In this document: piece after piece, positions 7,221-13,646 of the stretch
Layout: every line of letters begins with the position of its first letter
Position numbering within the stretch: position 1 is the stretch's first letter
Origin: Promethearchaeia archaeon
GTDB lineage: Archaea; Asgardarchaeota; Lokiarchaeia; Sigyniarchaeales; SOKP01
Assembly (NCBI GenBank): GCA_046497275.1
Contig: JAWOFX010000128.1
Span: forward strand, 1 to 14,561
Direction: 5' to 3'
Length of the DNA stretch: 14,561 bases
Position numbers and translations under genes: made by a program
The notes under the pieces: generated by a model
The model's database searches: none
Seen by the model: the letters and a program-made list of their open reading frames with translations, nothing else
What the model was told of the DNA's origin: nothing

Positions 7221-7901
7221 ATGAGAAAGAAGGCTGCTGAGCTAAAACTAAAAGAAATGAGAGCAAAAGCATCCGTGAAAAATCTTACGAAAGAGAACTT
7301 AGATGAAATGGCGAAAAAACATGGAGTGCTTTTAGCTTTGAATCCAGATTTGAAAGAAGAGGTCAAATATTTACAGAAAAAGTATAGTATTCCCTCATCA
7401 AAAATTATCAAGGAAGAAATAGAAGAGAAGGATGTGATGGGAGGGAGGTTTAATCGAATTGATTATGATAAATTGGGAATGCTAGCTTATCAAAGAGTTT
7501 TGTTAAGAAAGGACGAAATAGGTGTGGGACTTTTACCATTATCTGAAGTTTTTGATCTAGTAAATACGGGGGAATTAAAAGGAGAGATTGAAATTAAAGA
7601 TGTATACAAAGCTATGGTAAATCTTGAGAAAAGTGGAGTAATTGAAGAAGTACAAAAATTAGAATCTGGAGTTATTATGGCTCAATTTTTCCCAATCCAA
7701 TATACAGATGACCAAGTTAAAATTATTGAGATAGTAAAATCTCATGGTGAAGGATTTATTTCTTTAGAAGATGTTATTGATGAATTGGATTGGACTCAAG
7801 ACAGAGCATTAAAAGCATTAAAATCATTAGAGGATGGTGGATTAGCTAAGTTTCGAGAAAATATTCTTAAGGGAAAGCAATGGTTTTTTCCATCACTCTA
7901 A
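7221..7901 (+). CDS. vps22: ESCRT-II Vps22/Vps36-like (EAP30 family) winged-helix protein; probable real start ATT 7176
   Basis: Basic N-terminal helix; YDKLG, GLLPLSEV, DVYKAMVNL; second winged helix GFISLEDVIDELDWTQDRALKALKSLEDGGLA; terminal WFFPSL, resembling EAP30/SNF8. Adjacent to Vps25, Vps4 and ESCRT-III. Confidence 0.88.
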   Translation: MRKKAAELKLKEMRAKASVKNLTKENLDEMAKKHGVLLALNPDLKEEVKYLQKKYSIPSSKIIKEEIEEKDVMGGRFNRIDYDKLGMLAYQRVLLRKDEIGVGLLPLSEVFDLVNTGELKGEIEIKDVYKAMVNLEKSGVIEEVQKLESGVIMAQFFPIQYTDDQVKIIEIVKSHGEGFISLEDVIDELDWTQDRALKALKSLEDGGLAKFRENILKGKQWFFPSL

Positions 7902-7902
7902 T

Positions 7903-7909
7903 AAAAAAA
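7903..7909 (-). terminator. Oligo-T terminator of the vps4-vps25 unit
   Basis: A7 on the + strand (T7 on -) immediately after the Vps25 stop at 7911-7913. Confidence 0.55.
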
Positions 7910-7910
7910 G

Positions 7911-8822
7911 TTACTCAAGGGTTATCTTAAACGCAATTTTCCCATTTTCTAATTTTATTATTTTTCCTTTTCCGTTCTGTGATAAAATTTCAAAAATCTT
8001 TTCAAAATCTTCTTTAGGTAAAGAACTGAACTCCATTTCAGCAGCTCTAAATTCATATATTAAAACTGGTTCTAATTTTCCACTTTCATAAGCCCATTCA
8101 TATATTTCTTCTGCCCAAAGATCTAAAGTTTTCCAATAAATTCGAAGTTTTTCCTTTTTTTTAGAAAGCCATTGAGCTAAATCTTGGTTTACTAATTTAT
8201 CTGCAATTTCTTTAATTGCTCCCTTACGATTCTCAAAATTTGAGAATGGTGCTTCAGTATACAATTGGCGTAAATATAGAATATGTAAAATCGCATACTT
8301 TGCATAATCAAATAAAACTTTAGCCCATTCATTCTGCCAAGATTCATAATCATTTGGATTTTTGGTTTTATTTGGAATATGATACATATATTCATATCTA
8401 GTTTCTTCCAACCAAGGGTAACTTTCAACTAGTTTCTCATAGGGAGATAATTCTTCTTCAATTAGACCTGCTTCTCCAACAATTTCTCTCTCTAACTCTT
8501 GAAGTTCCCCCTCAATATATGCTGCATTTTTTTCATAGGTTTTGTGATCAACACGTTCTAGCTCTTTACTTAAATAATTATCAATTTCTTGTAATCGATC
8601 TTCTATATCTTCAACTCCGCTTTTTTCAACTTTTACTTGAATAAGCTCTTCTTCCTGATCATTTTGTTGTTGATTTAATTGTTTTTGTTTTATACGTTTC
8701 TGTTTCTCTTTTTTTAGCATTCTTAATCTATTTAATTCTGCCCTTAATTGTTCCAGTTCTTTATCAGCTTTCTGTTTTAAATCCTTGGAAACTTCTTTAA
8801 CCTTGTCTTTTTGACGTTCCAT
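7911..8822 (-). CDS. vps25: ESCRT-II Vps25-like protein with an approximately 130-aa charged coiled-coil N-terminal extension
   Basis: C-terminal half has the Vps25 pattern SWQNEWAKVLFDY, LAQWLSKKKEKLRIYWKTLDLWAEEIYEWAYESG, VLIYE, EFSSL. N-terminal part is E/K/Q-rich with heptads. Confidence 0.88.
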   Translation of the reverse strand: MERQKDKVKEVSKDLKQKADKELEQLRAELNRLRMLKKEKQKRIKQKQLNQQQNDQEEELIQVKVEKSGVEDIEDRLQEIDNYLSKELERVDHKTYEKNAAYIEGELQELEREIVGEAGLIEEELSPYEKLVESYPWLEETRYEYMYHIPNKTKNPNDYESWQNEWAKVLFDYAKYAILHILYLRQLYTEAPFSNFENRKGAIKEIADKLVNQDLAQWLSKKKEKLRIYWKTLDLWAEEIYEWAYESGKLEPVLIYEFRAAEMEFSSLPKEDFEKIFEILSQNGKGKIIKLENGKIAFKITLE

Positions 8823-8848
8823 TATCTGATTTCTAATCTTAATTTAAA

Positions 8849-10072
8849 TTAATATTCTCCAAATTCATCTGCCCAATCTTGGTAATGCTTTAAATCTTTT
8901 TTATCTATCATTGGCTTTACTTTTTTAAGGGTTTTCTTAAAATCATCAAGTGTTACATCTCTGACTTTCACTTCTTCTTTAGAATTTTCTAAAATTCCAG
9001 ACATATCAAGTTCTCTAATTGGAATCATAATCGTTTCTCGACATACATTTGAAATATCTCTGCCCGAGTAACCTTCAGCTCTAACCGCTAATTCTACAAA
9101 ATCCTCTTCAGTTAAGTCCATATTAACTCCCTTAGAATGAATCTTGAAAATTGCTGCTCGAGCTTTCATATCTGGCAGAGGAACAAATACTTTTTTCTGA
9201 AACCTACTTAGCATTGCATTATCTATGTCCCATGGTCGATTTGTGGCACCTAAAACTAATAATGGTTTATCTTCTGTAGATTTTATACCTTGAATTTCAC
9301 TTAATAATTGAGTTTTCACTCTTCTTTCTCCTCCACTTTCTGAACCGCCACCCCTTTTAGTCGCAACAGAATCAATCTCATCAATAAAAACCAAACTTGG
9401 AGCTTTCATTCTTGACAATTTGAAGAGAGAACTTATCAATTTCTCACTCTCACCGAGCCATTTACTCAATAAATCCGCGGAGGAGACACTAAAGAATGTA
9501 GCTTGACATTCCGTAGCTGCTGCTTTTGCTAATAACGTTTTACCGCATCCAGGTGGTCCAAATAAGAGTACTCCCGACCAAGGCTTTCGAGCTCCTGTAA
9601 ATAATTCGGGTTTCATAATTGGTAATACAATAGCTTCTCTAAGAACTTGTTTACTGCTCTCTAAGCCTGCAATGTCTTTCCACTTCACATTAGGAGATTC
9701 TGTAAGTATTGTCCCTGAAATCATATTTAATAATTCTTGTTCCTCTTCTGAAACCTCCTCTTCCTGATCCTGTCTATCCTCCCCCTTACCTGAAGCAGAC
9801 CCTATACTAGGTCTTGATTTTCTCACTTGAGGTCCATCTAAATGTGATCTCAGAATTTTAGCTCTTTCTAAATACTCTTCAATTTGAGTTTTACATTTAT
9901 TAACCATCGTGGGGTTCTTATTGTATTTAATAAATTGTAATAAACTTTCTGCTGCTCGTTGATATTTATTAATTGCTTGGCGATACTTTCCTTTTCCATC
10001 AAGAGCAACAGCCTCATTAGCTTCTTTAACCGCAAATTGATATAGTTTTGAATCAACTGAACCCATAAACAC
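8849..10072 (-). CDS. vps4: Vps4-like AAA+ ATPase with N-terminal MIT domain
   Basis: MIT helices (AVKEANEAVALDGKGKYRQAINKYQRAAESLL); Walker A GPPGCGKT; pore loop SKWLGESEK; Walker B VFIDEID; GATNRPW; C-terminal WADEFG. ATG at 10066 is the likelier start (track uses GTG 10072). Confidence 0.96.
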   Translation of the reverse strand: MFMGSVDSKLYQFAVKEANEAVALDGKGKYRQAINKYQRAAESLLQFIKYNKNPTMVNKCKTQIEEYLERAKILRSHLDGPQVRKSRPSIGSASGKGEDRQDQEEEVSEEEQELLNMISGTILTESPNVKWKDIAGLESSKQVLREAIVLPIMKPELFTGARKPWSGVLLFGPPGCGKTLLAKAAATECQATFFSVSSADLLSKWLGESEKLISSLFKLSRMKAPSLVFIDEIDSVATKRGGGSESGGERRVKTQLLSEIQGIKSTEDKPLLVLGATNRPWDIDNAMLSRFQKKVFVPLPDMKARAAIFKIHSKGVNMDLTEEDFVELAVRAEGYSGRDISNVCRETIMIPIRELDMSGILENSKEEVKVRDVTLDDFKKTLKKVKPMIDKKDLKHYQDWADEFGEY

Positions 10073-10275
10073 TTACCCACTATTTAAAGTAGTTTAAATG
10101 ATAATTATTTTTTCTTATTAATATTAAAGACTAAATTATTATTAATATATCTTCAGACCAATTTCAAATTTTTTATTAGATCCATTAGACGAATGAATAA
10201 TTGGACTATAAAATAGTTTTATATTTACAAATTTATTTATATATTATAGAAAAAAATAATATTTGGTAAATACAT

Positions 10276-10902
10276 ATGGGATTTTTAAAAGATATCTCGA
10301 ACTGGCTCTCCGGTGGTAAGAAAGATGACAGTCTACGGTCCGCCACCATCAAATTAAAAGTATTTAACAAGCGTTTATTACGACAGTCTAAGAAAATGGA
10401 AATGTCTGCTAAGTTGGCGCGAGATAAAGCAGTCAGGCTTCGAAAACAAGGAGATTTGGAAGGTTCTAAGTTTCACGCTCGAAATTATTTACAAGTAAAA
10501 AAGCAAGCACGTGCAATTGATAGTTTTAGAACCAATTTGGAAGGACTAATGTTTAAATTGGAGCAAGCGAATGCTGTGCATGATGTTGCAGATATAATGC
10601 ACAATATTGCAAACTCCGTCGCAGCTCTCAAAGCAAATTTATCTATCCCTCAAATTACTGAAATGATGAGTCAAATCGATTTGGACGTCCAAGATTTTGA
10701 AGTGACTCAAGAGATCACTTCCGAAGGAATGGATAGTATGACTTTAGATACTCAAGTTACTGATGATCAGGTGGATGATGTATTAGGTGAGATCGATGCA
10801 GAGATAAACGTAGAAATGACGGGGTCATTACCAAGTGTCACTTCAAATGAAAAAATTGATGAGCTTGAAAAAGAATTAGACAGATTGAAATCTAAAGATT
10901 GA
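10276..10902 (+). CDS. ESCRT-III subunit (Snf7 family), Vps2/24/46 (CHMP1-3, ESCRT-IIIA) class
   Basis: N-terminal amphipathic helix MGFLKDISNWLSGG; basic helical hairpin with ARNYLQVKKQ; acidic C-terminal half; terminal MIM1-like LEKELDRLK (10855-10890); adjacent to Vps4. Subclass inferred from motifs and the known Lokiarchaeia locus. Confidence 0.92.
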   Translation: MGFLKDISNWLSGGKKDDSLRSATIKLKVFNKRLLRQSKKMEMSAKLARDKAVRLRKQGDLEGSKFHARNYLQVKKQARAIDSFRTNLEGLMFKLEQANAVHDVADIMHNIANSVAALKANLSIPQITEMMSQIDLDVQDFEVTQEITSEGMDSMTLDTQVTDDQVDDVLGEIDAEINVEMTGSLPSVTSNEKIDELEKELDRLKSKD

Positions 10903-11055
10903 ACCTTATTTCTTAATCCAATTTCTTAAATTTATTTCATTTTCTAATTGATTTTTACATCAATAATTTAGGTTTAAATCTTGATTTTTTAAATATATTT
11001 TTTAACGTAATCCTCTATTGATAGATTAATCCATAATGAATTTAAAAAATAGAGA

Positions 11056-12075
11056 ATGAATAATTTGAAACCTGAATTAATAACAATAGGTAGTTGCACA
11101 CTCGATTGTATGATACAAATTAATGATATATTGCGATTTGAATTACTTGATAAAGATGTCGTTAAAAAATATACTGCTATCGAATATAGTAGAAAATTAA
11201 ATATCAATGATGTAAGATTCGTACCAGGAGGGTCTGCTGCTAATATCGCATCGAATTGCTCGATGATTGGATTAAAAAGTACATATATTGGGATACTAGG
11301 GAATGATTTTTCTGCTCAAATATGTATGGAAGATATGAAAAAACGTGGAGTGGATTTAACAAATATAAAACAAACAAGCGAGGATAATACAGCGTTTTCT
11401 GTAATTTTGAAAACGGAATGGGGCAAAGATAGGAGTATTTTAGCATACAAAGGAGCAAATAACCTATTAGTACCAGACGATGTAAAAGAAAACTTGTTTG
11501 ATAATATAAAAGCATTTGCGTGGACTTCTTTAACTGAAGATAATGCCTGTAAAGCTATAGAAAAAGCTATCACATTGACTAAAAATAATGGAGGAAAAAT
11601 ATTTGCTGCTCCTAGTATGTCTATTATCAAAAATAACCCAAAATGGGCTAAAATTCTTATATCAAGTTCGGATGTGGTATCATTAAATAAGGAAGAGGCT
11701 CAAGAATTTACAAAAAAGAACGACACGGTAAATATTGTGAAAGATTTAAAAGATTTGGGATTAGAATTAATATGTATAACTGATGGGTCAAATGGTTCTG
11801 TAATTTCTGATGGAACTGAAATGATAAAAAGTAGTGTATATGGAGGAAAGGTTGAAGATACAACGGGGGCAGGGGATGCATTTTTGAGTGGTATTCTAGT
11901 TTCCACTATGCGAAATATAGAATTAAAGAAAATGGCAAGGATCGCCTCAGCAATGTCATTTTTGGAATGTCAAGAACTTGGTGTTAGAGAAGGATTACCT
12001 GACAGTTTTGATGATTTAGAAACATTTATAAAAGAACATGAATTGCACCAAGTCGTTTCTAAAATTATACACTAA
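11056..12075 (+). CDS. PfkB/ribokinase family carbohydrate kinase, substrate unknown
   Basis: IGSCTLD, GGSAANIA, LNKEEA, ITDGSNG and signature DTTGAGDAFLSG. Confidence 0.93.
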   Translation: MNNLKPELITIGSCTLDCMIQINDILRFELLDKDVVKKYTAIEYSRKLNINDVRFVPGGSAANIASNCSMIGLKSTYIGILGNDFSAQICMEDMKKRGVDLTNIKQTSEDNTAFSVILKTEWGKDRSILAYKGANNLLVPDDVKENLFDNIKAFAWTSLTEDNACKAIEKAITLTKNNGGKIFAAPSMSIIKNNPKWAKILISSSDVVSLNKEEAQEFTKKNDTVNIVKDLKDLGLELICITDGSNGSVISDGTEMIKSSVYGGKVEDTTGAGDAFLSGILVSTMRNIELKKMARIASAMSFLECQELGVREGLPDSFDDLETFIKEHELHQVVSKIIH

Positions 12076-12136
12076 TGGGAACTTTAATAAATAATTACAT
12101 TATATTTAATTTGACTTATTATTAATATTAAACTAG

Positions 12137-12877
12137 GTGGATATATTGTCAATTGAATTGAATACTTTACAACTTCTACAAGGATCTTTTACATTAGTTT
12201 TCGTCCTTATTTCAGTTATTTTGGGCTTTCTCATTATTTCAAAATATTTTAAATATGGAAGGAGGCAATATCTCCTCGTTGGAATAACATGGATATTATT
12301 AGTTAGCCCATATTGGCCAGATGCTATTAGTTTTCTGTTAATTCTCTTCACAAGAGCAAAATTACATGAGCCAACTTATTTTTTCATAGCAAATGCTTTC
12401 ATCGCACCCATTCATATTACATGGATTCTTGTTATTACTGATTTTATTTACAAAGACAAACAAAAATTCATTTTACCAGTAGTTATAGTTGAAGCAATCG
12501 CGTTTGAGATTCTCTTTTTAATATTCTTTTTCATAGATCCATATTTTATAGGAACTCCTCAATCCAATCCTTTCGTTGTTGAATGGAATTTATTTATAGA
12601 CTTATATTTGATAATTTCCATTGCTCTTTTTTTAATTACGGGCCTTTTATTTGCTAGAGAATCTTTAAAATCCGACTCGAAAGAGATCAAATATCGGGGT
12701 TGGTTCTTAATTTTCGCATTTATAACCTTTACTATTGGAACCCTGATTGATGTAATCTTAGAATTAAATGAAATTACAATCGTTATTGCCAGGCTTTTTG
12801 TAATCATCGCGGCTTTTTGTTTCTATTTGGGCTTCACTATGCCTAATTTTATGAAAAAACTACTCATTAAGGAATAA
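12137..12877 (+). CDS. Polytopic membrane protein, about 7 TM helices, no cytoplasmic output domain
   Basis: Seven hydrophobic stretches at about aa 13-35, 45-70, 81-100, 111-133, 153-173, 188-208 and 213-234; basic C-tail after YLGFTMP. AGGTGG-N5-TTG suggests a start at 12146. Confidence 0.8.
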   Translation: MDILSIELNTLQLLQGSFTLVFVLISVILGFLIISKYFKYGRRQYLLVGITWILLVSPYWPDAISFLLILFTRAKLHEPTYFFIANAFIAPIHITWILVITDFIYKDKQKFILPVVIVEAIAFEILFLIFFFIDPYFIGTPQSNPFVVEWNLFIDLYLIISIALFLITGLLFARESLKSDSKEIKYRGWFLIFAFITFTIGTLIDVILELNEITIVIARLFVIIAAFCFYLGFTMPNFMKKLLIKE

Positions 12878-12892
12878 AACTAAGTATGTAAC

Positions 12893-12910
12893 TTTTATTT
12901 TTCTTTTTTT
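12893..12910 (+). terminator. T-rich terminator after the 7TM gene
   Basis: ttttatttttcttttttt, 15 nt after the stop. Confidence 0.55.
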
Positions 12911-13121
12911 CTCGAATATGCTTATTTTAAACTAGATCGTATTTCCTATTAAACATTTATATCGACATAATTTGTGGCGCTTTGGAAAGTTCTTAGAGAA
13001 AGTGCAGAGAAAGGGATAAATTTATCTTTCTATCCTTCATAATTATACACCTTTGTGTGGTTCTCCAGGTGCTAAATGCGAAAACCGCAAGTTTTATATT
13101 CTTCAAATCCATTGTTTATAT

Positions 13122-13646
13122 ATGGAAGTACCGCACGAACATGGGGTAGAATTAGAAATCCGAGAGCATTCGGATGCAGACTTCTTTCCAGAACGATGTC
13201 CCATCTGTAAAAGACGAGATATCATACGCTTTACATATAAATACCGTACAATTCAAGATCTGGGTGCTCCCCATCTCTGTCGCAGGATTCAGTATGAACG
13301 AGTGTTTTTTAAATGTAAGAACTGTGAGAAAATATTTACTATTGAGCATCCCGTTATTGGAAAAAATTCAAAATATATGCATGGGGTCATTGAGTATGCT
13401 GCTTCTCGTGTATTGGAACGCGGTGACTCGATTCGAAGGGTCACAAAAGATTTAAACGAACTCCATCATGTGGACGTGTCGGTAGGTACTGTTGAAAATT
13501 GGATAAATCAATATGGAGAGAAAGGAACTATTTATGAGGACTTTACCGAAGAAAACCCCCCTGATAATTTTTCTGGGTTTATCTCTGTGGACGGGACGTT
13601 TAAATCAGTGAAACTTAAAAAAAACGATCACAAAATGGACCCATAA
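13122..13646 (+). CDS. Transposase N-terminal part (Zn finger, HTH, first catalytic Asp)
   Basis: ATG 13122 in the frame of track ORF 13053..13646; CPIC...RTIQDL...FKCKNC (zf-ISL3-like); SIRRV...VSVGTVENW HTH; ISVDGT at 13590. Confidence 0.82.
   Translation: MEVPHEHGVELEIREHSDADFFPERCPICKRRDIIRFTYKYRTIQDLGAPHLCRRIQYERVFFKCKNCEKIFTIEHPVIGKNSKYMHGVIEYAASRVLERGDSIRRVTKDLNELHHVDVSVGTVENWINQYGEKGTIYEDFTEENPPDNFSGFISVDGTFKSVKLKKNDHKMDP
13619..13625 (+). other. Slippery heptamer A AAA AAC within an A8 run (candidate -1 frameshift site)
   Basis: Frame-0 codons CTT AAA AAA AAC. The -1 frame opens right after TAA 13616-13618, and frame 0 stops at 13644-13646. Confidence 0.6.

Noticed and set aside
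7154-7411. 85-aa hydrophobic minus-strand ORF
   Set aside because: Phe/Ser richness is the expected mirror of Lys/Glu codons in vps22/36.
8192-10080. Track ORFs 8192..8428 and 9868..10080 (-), alternate frames within vps25 and vps4
   Set aside because: Out-of-frame overlaps with well-supported genes; no slippery site or homology linking them.
10276-10284. Met-Gly start of ESCRT-III as an N-myristoylation signal like Vps20/CHMP6
   Set aside because: No N-myristoyltransferase is known to me in archaea, and Met-Gly starts are common here (also the 290 ORF and Vps4).
10115-12132. Shared 14-mer TTATTAATATTAAA at 10115-10128 and 12119-12132
   Set aside because: Pure A/T word in very AT-rich intergenic DNA; a chance match is plausible.
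10989-12807. Track ORFs 10989..11207, 11240..11515, 11316..11630, 11700..11906, 12133..12351 and 12559..12807 (-)
   Set aside because: Antisense shadows of the PfkB and 7TM genes.
12137-12877. 7TM protein as a microbial rhodopsin
   Set aside because: No retinal-binding Lys in helix 7 and no counter-ion motif in helix 3.
13053-13455. TTG start at 13053 and ORFs 13152..13349 (-) and 13174..13455 (+)
   Set aside because: 13053 lies at or outside a candidate IS end, so ATG 13122 is preferred; the other two are frame or antisense shadows of the transposase.
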